Both the position numbers and the translations under genes were made by a program. The notes beneath the pieces are model-generated. The model worked only from the letters and a program-made list of their open reading frames with translations, did not search any database and had not been told where the DNA came from. This document shows positions 1 through 10,558 of a DNA stretch of 20,000 bases, in pieces; the stretch's first letter is position 1, and every line of letters starts with the position of its first letter. The DNA is from Catajapyx aquilonaris (lineage: Eukaryota), in NCBI GenBank assembly GCA_000934665.2, contig KZ538478.1:47414-67413 (forward strand), written 5' to 3'.

Positions 1-250
1 CACAGAGCTGGGTCATCTCTGGATTCGTCTCTGGTGGGATTCCTCGACCCTAACCACCCAGGGTAACTCACTAAATGCCCAAGCAACAACATTGCACTTG
101 TACCTCACCTCCTACTCACCTGCCCGATCTGCGAACCCAGGCACATCAACCAAAAATTAGAAAACAAAAACTGTATACCTGTTGAAGAAAATAAAAGTCT
201 GTGCAAAATGGTAAACCACTTTTGAGGTGTGCACTATACCCAATTATTAC

Positions 251-554
251 TACACTATACTCCCGATTATCTGGGCTAATGACTGCAAGGGTGTCACCGG
301 ATAATCGAAACATAGTTCTAGATACCGTAAAAGTGAGCTGTTTGGAGGTTTTAAATGAATGAGTGTACATACTATGCACTTCTTTAAATAAGATTGAATC
401 AAAATAATGAAACTTCCCACATGTCTTCTGGAAAAAGTATGTTATATTTCTTTGTTTTCAAGACATATCGGCATTTGTTAGGACATGAATTTATTTTCCT
501 TTGATTTGGCAGTGCACGGATAATCCGCACCCGGATAATGAGGAGTACTGTGTA
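251..554. mobile_element. Tc1/mariner (pogo/Tigger-like) MITE
   Basis: Imperfect TIRs TACACTATACTCCCGATTATC / GATAATGAGGAGTACTGTGTA with TA ends; homologous inverted copy split across 13734-19480. Confidence 0.65.
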
Positions 555-701
555 ATTACAATGGGAGGATGTGATTTTGGAAACATTAATATCATTTATT
601 CCCAATTTTTATTCCCAACCATGAACAATTGGCATCTTGAAAAGCAAATCATATTGTACCATTGCTTGACAAATTATAAAAAATTAGGCCTAGGTCAAGG
701 T

Positions 702-917
702 TAAGTCTACCAGGTCCGCCATTGAGCAGGACAAAAAAGCATCTCTCCTGCACATGACGCCACTAGGTGCATGGCACATGTGTTATCACGGCAAGTCATA
801 TTATTAAGCACTGGTGTCGACTGCTTCAAGGGTGTAGCCTGAGTATTGAAAAGGAATACCCCTTATGTATGAGTGGGCTTGTTTTTGTCCTGCGCAATGG
901 CTGAGCTGATAGACTTA
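702..917. mobile_element. Small MITE with ~40-bp imperfect TIRs
   Basis: TAAGTCTACCAGGTCCGCCATTGAGCAGGACAAAAA versus reverse complement of the right end TAAGTCTATCAGCTCAGCCATTGCGCAGGACAAAAA. Confidence 0.6.
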
Positions 918-1101
918 TAAGTGGAATTCTAGAACTTGGGGTCTATACTACCCTGTAAAATATTTTAGAAATCTAAAATTAATTTGGTGGCATTTAGCCA
1001 TTAAGAGCATGATTTTTCAAAAAAAAAACATACGGTTCATCCGTGTTGCCTCTGTATAAATGATTCAAATCTGAACTGAGAAGCATGACATTATATTAGC
1101 G

Positions 1102-1510
1102 TATCCAGAAAGTAAGGTCTGGTTATTTATTACAAAAACCACAATGCACTCTCAAAATTTTTATTTGCACATCTGAAATCGACAATTGTCTACTTTTTTT
1201 CCTAATAGTTTCCAAACAAATCGAGACATTTTTCATTGAGTTACAGAAGATTTTGTATGCCTATGTCATAGAGGTCAGCCAGCCATTTTTGTGATCCCTG
1301 AATGCTGGATTGCAATCCAGAAAATGGCTGGCGGCTGACCTCTATGACGTAGGCATACAAAATCTGGTGTACCTCAATGAAAAATGCCTCGATTTGTTTC
1401 TAAACTATTTTGATAAAAAGAAGACAGTTGTCGATTTCAGATGTCTAAATAAAATTTTGGGGGTGCATTGTGGTTTTTCTAATAAATAAATGGACCATAC
1501 TTTCCAGATA
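1102..1510. mobile_element. Mariner-derived foldback MITE (~190-bp inverted arms, ~30-nt loop) in the putative Adar 3' UTR
   Basis: Arms 1102-1290 and 1321-1510 are reverse complements; right arm translates as KWLAADLYDVGIQNLVYLNEKCLDLFLNYFDK, like a mariner transposase C-terminus. Confidence 0.85.
1126..1165 (-). terminator. Candidate distal poly(A) signals AATAAA (1165-1160 and 1131-1126)
   Basis: Two TTTATT hexamers on the + strand inside the distal hairpin arm; motif only. Confidence 0.35.
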
Positions 1511-1543
1511 TTTTGTATAATATCATGAGTATTCCATACACAC

Positions 1544-1549
1544 TTTAAT
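1544..1549 (-). terminator. Candidate proximal poly(A) signal ATTAAA
   Basis: TTTAAT on the + strand, about 45 nt after the stop codon; motif only. Confidence 0.3.
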
Positions 1550-1592
1550 TATCCATGAAAAACCGTTTCTGCCACTGGTATAAATGCAGGCT

Positions 1593-1706
1593 TCAATATT
1601 CACTAGGTACATCTTCAAACACAAACTGGTCTTGCTCAATGGGCTTTGTGATCCACGTTCCCAAGCCAGCGTCTTGGAATGCCATATACAGGTGGATTTT
1701 GGCATT
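1593..1706 (-). CDS. Adar: ADAR terminal coding exon NAKIHLYMAFQDAGLGTWITKPIEQDQFVFEDVPSEY*
   Basis: Hand-translated; CCCATTTCAG| acceptor in phase 0; matches ADAR2 AGLGAWVEKPTEQDQF; TGA at 1595-1593. Confidence 0.95.
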   Translation of the reverse strand, partial: NAKIHLYMAFQDAGLGTWITKPIEQDQFVFEDVPSEY

Positions 1707-1777
1707 CTGAAATGGGACAAAACCACATTTTCACTGGCTGCCATCCAATGTCTTAAGTTGTTGATATTTCACATGTA

Positions 1778-2244
1778 CAATAAAACCTCGATTATTATCC
1801 ATCACCCACAGGACTGGAGCATGATCGGAAAGCAAAAAATGTAGGACAATCCGAGAAGCACTTTAAAAAACCTTAATAAAACGCAACAAAGAGCATGTAA
1901 AAATTTGAAATTCTCTATGGTGGTTTTCTAATAAAGTGAAGAAAGGGTAATGTTTTACATACAGAGTGTACTGTATTTATTTACAGTTTAACTAAGGAAA
2001 CACAAGACAAAACACACAGTAAGTAGTGTAGTACAACATTTGATGAGAAAACGTAGATTTATTGCAGGCGAAAAAAACCTTTTATACTGTAATGTTCTGT
2101 TTTAAAGACGATATTCTATCCTTATCTGCTTAGTCTCTCCACTTCTTTAGCCACAAAATCTCCATAAGTGTTGAATGAGGATGCTGTTCTATAAGAGAAG
2201 GACAGTCGGATCAACCGAGGAGTTGGATAATCGAGGTTCTACTG
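1778..2244. mobile_element. pogo/Tigger-like MITE
   Basis: TA|CAATAAAACCTCGATTAT ... ATAATCGAGGTTCTACTG|TA. Confidence 0.7.
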
Positions 2245-2559
2245 TAGCTCGAATAAAAGTCTTACAGACATAAAGCAGAAAGTTTGTTGGTATATGGGTG
2301 ATTCTCCAAAAACCTACCGTACCATTTTCAAGGCAAAAATTAATGAATTTCAAAACTTCTTTTAAAAATCTGAAAAAAATTACACTTACTCTATAGGAAG
2401 TCACAAACAAGGAAAAAATCAGGGGAACTACCTTTCATACTGTGCGAATACTGTGATTGAAACTAGTCATTTAAATTTTAGCCACCAGGAGAGTGACAGA
2501 TGGTGCCAGGAGAGTGACATAACCAGTATATCTGTGGCTCAGAAAATATTTAATCTAAT

Positions 2560-2975
2560 CAAAGCATGTACATCTTCCATGCTCAGATGTATCCAAATAA
2601 CTAGTGTTCAGAGTTTCACGTCTTTATCACCAAATCCACGCTCCAAATTCACTTAGAGAGGTATGATGTGCCCGTTAAATCTAGCAACCCCGAGAGTGAC
2701 CCACAGCAGGGTCATCCATAGCGGCCCATTTTCAGACATGTTCAGAAGTGTCCAAAGACCAATTGTAGCGAGTTTCATGTTTTTATCACCGAATGCAAGG
2801 TCCTAAAGGTATGCTGCACTTGGTAGATATGGCAACCCGGTGAAAGTGACCCCCGGCGGGGTCAGTCATCGTGGCCATATGTCCAGATACGCTAAGAAGT
2901 GTCCAAAGAAAGAGTGTACCGAGTTTCATACTTTTATCACAAAATTCAAAGGTCAAACCCTGAGCACCCGGACTA
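2560..2975. repeat. Three diverged ~150-bp direct repeat units, possibly a Helitron/Helentron-type non-autonomous element
   Basis: Recurrent core CAGA..TGTCCAAAGA...GAGTTTCA(T/C)..TTTTATCAC at about 2585-2630, 2745-2790 and 2895-2940. Confidence 0.45.
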
Positions 2976-5455
2976 CTGGCACAGAAACTGCCAGGAGAAT
3001 GAATATTACTGCCAGGAGTGTTAGCGCCACGAGAATGAGTTTTGGATGCATTAGGATTAATATAAAGGTCCAGAACAAACGTTGACCATGGAAATTTCTG
3101 TCAGGTGATGACATCCTCTAATGCCGTGGAATCACAGTTATTTCAAAATATTTGAGTTATTATGTGGTATAGAATATGCCTGCCAGGAGACTGAGAGCAA
3201 AATGTGCTACATAACTCAATTAAAAACTTCTTACCATATTACCTCTCATAAAGCGGCATGCCGGTGTAGTCTACGTCAACCAGTTTTTAGAAATGCATGA
3301 TCTGGTGGCTATACCAGCATGCCGGTAGAAGGTGAGGTATGCTGGTATAAGGTGAGGTTTTCACATAAGTTATAATTAGTATATAAGTACTTTCCGAACT
3401 AGACATTTACCTGAAAATCGAAATTCATGTAAAGCCTATCGAAAAGGCACATTTTCCGAATAGGGTATCCGTACCATATGCTGCTTTCAATTGCAGTGTC
3501 TGGCAATAATCTCTATTTAAACAGTATATTGGAGCAGGGGGTTCCCCTGTCAAAGCAGGCTGACAATGGGATTGGTCACACACACTACATTTTTTATATG
3601 CACTGTGCAGCAGAACTTGCATATTCTCACAGCCTGTACACTCGCCCATTTTCATTGTAACATTATTTTAGTATACGGTACCAAATGCATTCCAAAAAAT
3701 TGGGCAAGGATCAAAATTATGGAAATCTACCTCGGTTATTGCGGCATGCCGGCCTCCCCCTGATTATATACTGGCATGCTGGTCGACCTTGTTTTACGCA
3801 TTTCAAAATTGCCGCCCCATACATGTGCTTCTCTATTAATTTCCACCACTGTACATGTACAGGACTAACACGGCACATGTATGGGTCGACCATTTTGAAA
3901 TATGATGTCATAGGGGCCAAATCAAGTGAATGACATACAAGGCACGGTCTTCATTCGTCTCAGTGATGTCGAATTATGCAGAAAATACACTTTAACTGAA
4001 ATAATCAGGCAGTTGAGGCACTTTCAATTAGCACACCACTGATTTTAATTGACACCCCCCTCCCCCTCCTCAAGGATGGAATTTCATGTGCTGTGAACGA
4101 AAACCTGGCATTGAGTCCAGCTGGGAACATTTTCCCAAAGTGGCTTGCTTCTAACATCATTATTTTCACTTTTTTCCTGCATATCTCTGCTGTGATTCAA
4201 GCAGGCAGACCAATCGCTAGGTCATCCACATCACTCGCTCCCTGTAAACAGTGGCAACAATCAAAAGAACACTATAAGCGACCTCCATGAGATGATGTCT
4301 GAATGGCGCGGTTGCCAGGTACCGGTAACACCAACGCTGTTGTTAACATTTAGGGAATGTAATTTTGTTCTGGTACTGTACGTACAACAACTCTCTGTCG
4401 GATTGACTATATTGGGTAATTTCATATGAAATACTGGCTGGTGCACACACTTACTCAGGCCACAACAAGTCTTGCTCATGACTGTGACATGTTCAAAGCC
4501 ATCACTCCCGTGAGCACAGAGCATTTACAGACACTCTGCCTTAGCTCACAGAATATGCAGGCTATTCAAACTTTTACTATTCATTCAATTCATTCATCAC
4601 TTCCTGTGCGAAGATTGGATAACCTGCTAGTTATTTTCATAAAATCCAAACTGGCAAAACCCAGGCAATTGGTTGACATATCATGAACCATTATACTTTT
4701 CTGAGGCAGTAGTAAAAATGAAGCTATAATACACAGACACAACATTATACAGTATTGCATCTCCACCTTAAAATAATATGCCCAATCTCCTTTGGTCAAT
4801 GATAAAATTAACAAGTTACTTGTGTTACAGCAGTCACAGTATGAGCACGTGCTGCAAATTTTTAAAGTCCCATTCCCATTAATATCGCGGAAGGATGATG
4901 GCATGGAAGTTCCTTGCATATGCAGCTTTGTCAGGAGGTTCAGGAACACTTCTGCAGAGATTATAAGCTATTCTAGTATTACACACACAGTCAGAGGGAC
5001 CAATATCACAATACCACAAGTCAACAACAATAATTGGTTATACTAGCTGAGAGGAAGCAAAACCTCTCCTGGATATTAATTATTCCAAGCTTGTTGAATG
5101 AATGGCTGAATTCAGTGGATATAGCACACCCATTGAATGCAATACTGTAGATATTTTTGAGGCATTTCCCAGACCACCATATTACAAGTAATATAACAGG
5201 GCTACTAAACTGATGGACCTATGTTCAGATGTGGACACCAACATGACTTTGTCCAGACTGCTTCCATGTCCACATTATACAGGAGGAAAATATAATTAAT
5301 ATACACTCCCATGGGTTTCTATTTTCAATAAAATGGTATGCATGATCTTCCCAACCTGCTATTTCCAAGTGTGCAATTCCATCAATCTTTTATTGATGTT
5401 CCTTTCAGATTTCTGTGAGTCTAATTTTCATTCAGGATTCTTCCAGCCATTTATA

Positions 5456-5944
5456 CAGGGTGATTCTCTTGAATGGAAGCCCAAACATTCCTGATTATCT
5501 TTTTAACTATGGTATGGTTCCCGATGAAAATTAACATGTACTTACCTTGTATCATGCCAAACAAGGTCTGACTAAAGAATATACCAAAAGTGGTCCCCTC
5601 CAGCATCCAAGAATTTTTTAATGCGAGTCTGCATATTTCCGAAGACTCCTGCTGATTCCCGGCGGCGATCCCATCCATTCCCACCACCCGCCTGCTTGGC
5701 GAGAGAGCCAAGTAGGCGGAGATGAGTGCAATCCTCGCCGGGAATCAGCAGGAGTCTTCGGCAATGTGCAGACTCGCATTAAAAAATTCTTGGATGCTGG
5801 AGGGGACCACTTTTGGTATATTCATTAGTCAGACCTTGTTTGGCATGATACAAGGTACGTACATGTTAATTTTCATCGGGAACCATACCATATTTAAAAA
5901 GTTATTGAGGAATGTTTGGGTTTCCATTCGAGAGAATCACCCTG
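5456..5944. mobile_element. Palindromic Tc1/mariner-superfamily foldback MITE, copy A (CAGGGTGATTCTC termini, ~210-bp arms)
   Basis: Near-perfect inverted arms; TA on the left; further copies at 16803-17307 and 17356-17848. Confidence 0.9.
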
Positions 5945-6643
5945 AAAGCTGGATTCACATATACGCGAAAAAGCGTCAAAAGCGAGCGAAAAACAGCCTT
6001 CCGCGAAAAAGCGTCGACAAAAGCAATTCACGTATCGGCGAATTCCCGCAAGACGCGAGCGAATTTTGGTTACTCGCGCGTCTAAACACAAAATCGCGCT
6101 CGCCTGCCAGAGACAGATAGAAGCGAATTTTTGACGCGAGCGAATTTTGGAGCTGGTTCGAGCCACCCAGCGCCGCCACGCGGATTTGTCGGCCTTCCTC
6201 GGCCATGTTAGGAATGCGGATGCCGGATGCCCGAGCTCGGAAGTTACCTATTATTTTGTCGCAAACTCCAGACCCGGCCAGCCTTCGCACCACGTCCAGC
6301 TCTTGCCCCACTTGGTGCACTGTGACCTGGACCCCCTTCCGTGGTCGGTTCAGCAGCATTTTCACTGCCATGCCGGCTGCCGCCGCAGCACAGAGCTCCG
6401 CCATCTTTCTCATCCCAAGACCTCCCCCTGCCCACACCGACCCTGACCCCGTCCTCCCTCCTACCTGCCCTGCTGCACAGCTCATGCTCCATAACTAACG
6501 AGTAAGTTTTATCGCATAGCGGATACGTGAATGCCTGGAAAATTTTTCAAAAATTCGCACTCTTCGTGACGTAAAAGACGCGAAAAAGCGAAACATGAAA
6601 TTCGCTCGCAAGTATTTACTCGCGTATATGTGAATCCACCTTT
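5945..6643. mobile_element. CpG-rich non-autonomous DNA transposon (PIF/Harbinger-like) inserted at the right end of MITE A
   Basis: TIR AAAG(C/G)TGGATTCACATATACGCG at both ends; subterminal CGCGAAAAAGCG and GACGCGAGCGAATTTTGG repeats; superfamily assignment is tentative. Confidence 0.7.
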
Positions 6644-6826
6644 AGGTTGTGATAGACATTATCATCTGCCTTGAATGTAAAGTCCCTGAATTATCTTGGA
6701 TGTAGTTTTGTGCAGCACTAGTATTATTCTACCCCAACATCAAGTAGTGAGAATTTGATAATTATTTTACTCTGTATGTCATATGGAATTCTGGATGCAT
6801 ACTGTCTTCTGATCTGCATCACAATA

Positions 6827-7885
6827 CAGTAAAACCTCGATGTAACGCTAGCCCTTGCACTATCCTGTTTTTAACACCCTTTTTTCCCCAGTCCCTTGGT
6901 CAGCCCCAAAAGGCCCAATGGTAAATTTTCCCGCTCATAACGCTTCCTGCTTGTAACACTTTCCCGCATATGCCGCTCGATTTTTTAAGTCCCCAGAGAA
7001 ACTTATCCTGCATAAAGCATCAATTTTTTCCCCATAATCGAAGTGACAGAAATTGAAAAAAATTCTAATTTGGCTACAGATTTTTACAACATTTTGCGGA
7101 TTTTCCCCTTGTTTTGCTTTTATTTCTTGTCATAGGAAAAAAACCATGTGTCAATACATGATGGTCACCTTTATTAATGAATATTATTTTATAATTAGTT
7201 GAAAATGGCGGTTTTATCGAAATTTTTAAAAGACAAAACAATTAAAATCTCTGCTAACATGGTACCTAGGACAACCAACCGAAGCAGTAGTGGTGTAGTG
7301 GTATGGTGTCCGACTGCTAATCGGGAGGTCCTGGGTTCGAATCCCGGAGGCCGGCGACCCTGATCATGGTTTTCTGTGGTTTCCCATGGTCATCGCAGGA
7401 TAATTCCGGGGTCTTTACCGTAATTATAGGCCACAGCCGCTTCCTTCCTTACCTATCCTTGCTTCAATTCCGATGAAAAGTATAGTAAAAATGGAAAGAG
7501 TTCCAGACAAAAAAATGGGAGAAATCCCCCCCTAATAAAGCCTAAAGGGCTGATAATGGGGTATCAATTATTATTATTACCTAGGACAACCATTCCTTTT
7601 TTCGAACCTCTTTTGAACCCGCTTTCAAACATTCTTTCCACTTTTAATTTTTACCATAAGTTTAAGCTTGAGAAATGAAAAACCTCTGGATGGGGGTGGT
7701 CCTAAACTTTCAGGAAAGATTGTACATGGTACGTGGGCAGGTCAGTGCAGGTTAAAGTGGTTTATAGGCTTCAATCTACATGGCAACAGTGAAGACATTC
7801 ATTTCCTGACAAAATAGTGAATTAAATCCTATAACACTATTTTTGGGTGGTCCCTTAAAGAGCGTGTTATATCGAGGTTTTATTG
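6827..7885. mobile_element. pogo/Tigger-like non-autonomous element interrupted by a SINE
   Basis: TA|CAGTAAAACCTCGATGTAAC ... GTTATATCGAGGTTTTATTG. Confidence 0.7.
7278..7577 (+). mobile_element. tRNA-derived SINE (S1)
   Basis: A box TGGTGTAGTGG, B box GGTTCGAATCC, (ATT)n tail, 15-bp TSD TACCTAGGACAACCA (7263-7277 and 7578-7592). Confidence 0.9.
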
Positions 7886-7923
7886 CATATAAAGTGTCAA
7901 TACGAACCTGACAGTTACCTTAC

Positions 7924-8111
7924 CTGGTAATCTAGTGATGCAGCCTTTGCATCGTGGTAATTCAAAGGGCAGGACTTCATCTCAGTGATAGTACTCAATT
8001 TGCCAGTTGCCTCCAGAAAGCACTGGAAAAGTGCCATTTTTGACAGGCGAGACATCCTCCCTGACTCAAGTTTGCCAGTAACAGAATTGACCATCTCAGG
8101 GCAATCACGTC
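7924..8111 (-). CDS. Adar: ADAR exon GRDCPEMVNSVTGKLESGRMSRLSKMALF...NYHDAKAASLDYQ
   Basis: Hand-translated; TTCAAG| acceptor preceded by GACTAAC branch point; CAG|GTAAGG donor; matches ADAR2 TGK..GR.SRL.K and YHESK..YQ. Confidence 0.93.
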
Positions 8112-8185
8112 CTTGAATTGTAGAGAGAAGTGTAAGTTAGTCACAGCCAGAAATCCTCCAATTGATAACAAAACATATCTCTTGC
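8112..8185 (-). other. 74-nt GC-AG intron of Adar
   Basis: AAAG|GCAAGA donor, GACTAAC branch point, pyrimidine tract and CAAG| acceptor; this junction restores the frame and homology (NWNK-G-RDCPEMVN). Confidence 0.85.
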
Positions 8186-8337
8186 CTTTGTTCCAGTTAA
8201 GACTTATCTTCGGTGCTTTTTTTCCTGGTTGGCGTGTTTCAATTGAACTGCACTGACCCATCAAGGGCATATTCACAACATAAGATGGTGTTATCAGGCC
8301 CGGAACTGCGGGGAAGGGAATCCGTCCACAAACTGCC
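8186..8337 (-). CDS. Adar: ADAR exon (R)AVCGRI...ETRQPGKKAPKISLNWNK(G)
   Basis: CTCTCAG| acceptor; ends at non-canonical AG|GCAAGA donor; matches ADAR2 RQPGKAPNFSVNW. Confidence 0.88.
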
Positions 8338-8752
8338 CTGAGAGTGGTGAGATACATTCCATTTTAACGTATGCCATGGTTTATAATGCTATATCATATC
8401 ATAATACTAATATGTCACTTCTTGGAGGGGGTGAGGGTGGAGGAAGACAATGACGACTATGAAAACATTGTGATCATTACATCAGCAACAAGGTCTAACC
8501 TAGGCTTCATCATTAAACAGCAGTATTAACCCTATGGCCACTAGCTCATTTTGACTGGGTTTTCTGTTTTCCCACCCAACATGAGGATAACCCATGAAAA
8601 TGCCTTTCCACATGAGAAATTCCTCTATCCAATTAGGGGATGGAATGAAGGACACCTCAGACCAATGATAACCACCAGACCACTATCAGGCTTCATATTA
8701 CATCACCTTAAACCACAATAAGGAAACATACTATGTATTCAACAATATTTAC

Positions 8753-8907
8753 CTGTACAAGTGAACCGGATGATACAGACTGCCCAAAACGATGCTTTCC
8801 AAATAGATAGGCTCAATGAAATGAGACAGCAATGCTCCTTGCACTCCCAGCACATTCCAACGAGCAATCTTGTCAGAGCATGACATCGTCAGATTTCGCT
8901 GCTGACC
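8753..8907 (-). CDS. Adar: ADAR exon [51 protein letters not shown](R)
   Basis: Hand-translated; CCTTACAG| acceptor and AG|GTAAAT donor; MSCSDK third Zn ligand. Confidence 0.96.
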
Positions 8908-8952
8908 CTGTAAGGCATGAATAAAAAATTTATTTAATTACATGTGAAATAA

Positions 8953-9647
8953 TAAGGTGACCAGACGTCCCGAATTTTCCGGGACAGTCCCGAATTTTCA
9001 CCCTTTGTCCCGGAATTTTTCAAGGGTCATTCGGGACGCCCATTTGTCCCGAATTCGGCCAAGTTGTCCCGGAAAGGAATGAATAAGTATATTCGTATGG
9101 TGTCACATTTCGAAACTAACCATGTCCCATGCAAAAAAAAATCTTAAGTTAGCAGAATTCCTTTTTTGCTTGCTTGGGACAAATGCTGCCACTGAAAGGG
9201 TATTCTCCCTCATGAATAGTGTGTGGACCAGTGACAAAAGTCAACTGAGTGTGGAAACTCTAAAGGCAATGTTAGTGACTAAGGTCAACTATGATGAAAC
9301 TTGTGTAGAGTTTTTTTTAATGCTTCTGACAAAGAAAGACCTCCTTAAAAAAATTCACAGCTCTGGAAAATACTGTACTACAGCAGTTTGGCTTCTGCTT
9401 CTCAAATGTTGCTAAAGTAAGTACTATATACTTCACATGTAGATGATGATGATGATGGTAAATAAATTGTGAATGTTCTAAGTGACACCTTGCTTTGTCA
9501 GATTGGCTTAGGACATCTGGGCTTGCTTGTAGTACATCTCATTGTCCTAATAAGGAATGTTCATTTTCTTTAAGTGNNNNNNNCCCCCCCCCGGTTTGCG
9601 ACATAATGAGCGTCCCGAATTTCGGGCCCGGAAATCTGGTCACCTTA
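8953..9647 (+). mobile_element. hAT (Blackjack-like) internal-deletion derivative retaining the transposase C-terminal dimerization region
   Basis: TIR TAAGGTGACCAGA, subterminal GTCCCG repeats, flanking GAAATAA duplication; 9122-9415 reads LFCLLGTNAATERVFSLMNSVWTSDKSQLSVETLKAML; contains an N gap. Confidence 0.88.
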
Positions 9648-10121
9648 GAAATAAGGGCTTAGTTTCAGATAAGACTCCACTGCTTCAAAATGATATATTT
9701 TTGCCTCTATTTCAAAAAAGATCAGTAACAATATGGTAATAAAAAATAATAAGTAACAGTATTGGTATGGACAATCTGAAAGGTAATGGGATAGTGGAGG
9801 AGGAGAAGGGGGAAAAGACTGATGGGCAGGTTTATAGTTGTGATTCAAAATTAATTCAGGAGGAAGAGACATTTCACATATCCAGTGATAGTCTCACTTG
9901 AATGGTGTAAATATTGAAATTAAAGCACCACTATGTTGCTAATAAAGTTGTAATGACACAAAATTATTTCCCAAAAATGGGTATCAAATACAATAGAAGG
10001 CAGGGGCAGACGCTGGAGATGAGAGCGTTTATGCATAAAGTTACACACACTGTTGCTGATTTCAACAGATTCCATGAAATAACACAGTAGTAATAATTAT
10101 AGGAGTCCTGCTGCAACTTAC

Positions 10122-10278
10122 CATCATGATTCCATCCCAAGTGCGTATACTGCCCATGTTCATTACAGGAATGGTCCCTTCTCCAGACTCAATTTTTGTT
10201 CTCAACAAGCCCCTGCATTTACGATTAGGATGTTTGTCCACACTGACTCCTGATAATTCTTCATGTGGTGAAAACATC
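10122..10278 (-). CDS. Adar: ADAR exon (R)MFSPHE...[25 protein letters not shown]...TWDGIMM
   Basis: TTTTTAAG| acceptor and |GTAAGT donor; ADAR2-type 5' binding loop and GEG base-flipping loop. Confidence 0.96.
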
Positions 10279-10365
10279 CTTAAAAAGTAATTCATTCCCC
10301 AATTAAAATTCATGTAACATTTACGAAGGTTGAAACCAAGCCTTGGCAAAATGAACCATGCTTAC

Positions 10366-10477
10366 CTCCCATCCCCACAGGGCGCAGTACTGATGTACAA
10401 GTGAAACTTTATGTTGTTTTTTAACATGTATCCGCTTCCACAAGGTCTTGGAACAAAAATGGATGAGCTGAAGGTGT
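10366..10477 (-). CDS. Adar: ADAR exon DTFSSSIFVPRPCGSGYMLKNNIKFHLYISTAPCGDG(R)
   Basis: Hand-translated (absent from ORF track); TTTTTTTTGACAG| acceptor and AG|GTAAGC donor; FHLYISTxPCGD motif with Zn-ligand Cys. Confidence 0.95.
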
Positions 10478-10503
10478 CTGTCAAAAAAAACCAAGTAGAA
10501 ATT

Positions 10504-10526
10504 ATAATGACAATGATAATAATAAT

Positions 10527-10558
<32 letters not shown>

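Noticed and set aside
3232..3800. TIR element built around GCGGCATGCCGG repeats
   Set aside because: Probably a TE remnant, but the ends could not be defined convincingly
5451..6120. Repeated small ORF family GNQQESS...LKNSWMLEGTTFG (also 16795-17853) as a novel multicopy peptide gene
   Set aside because: It is an off-frame reading of palindromic MITE arms; the meaningful frame is a transposase C-terminal remnant
7278..7355. tRNA gene (also 14713-14795, 16255-16328 and 19895-19967)
   Set aside because: The A and B boxes are followed by long bodies, microsatellite tails and TSDs, so these are SINE heads
7995..8357. Single 120-aa exon as given in the ORF track
   Set aside because: ADAR homology shifts frame after NWNKG, which is explained by a GC-AG intron
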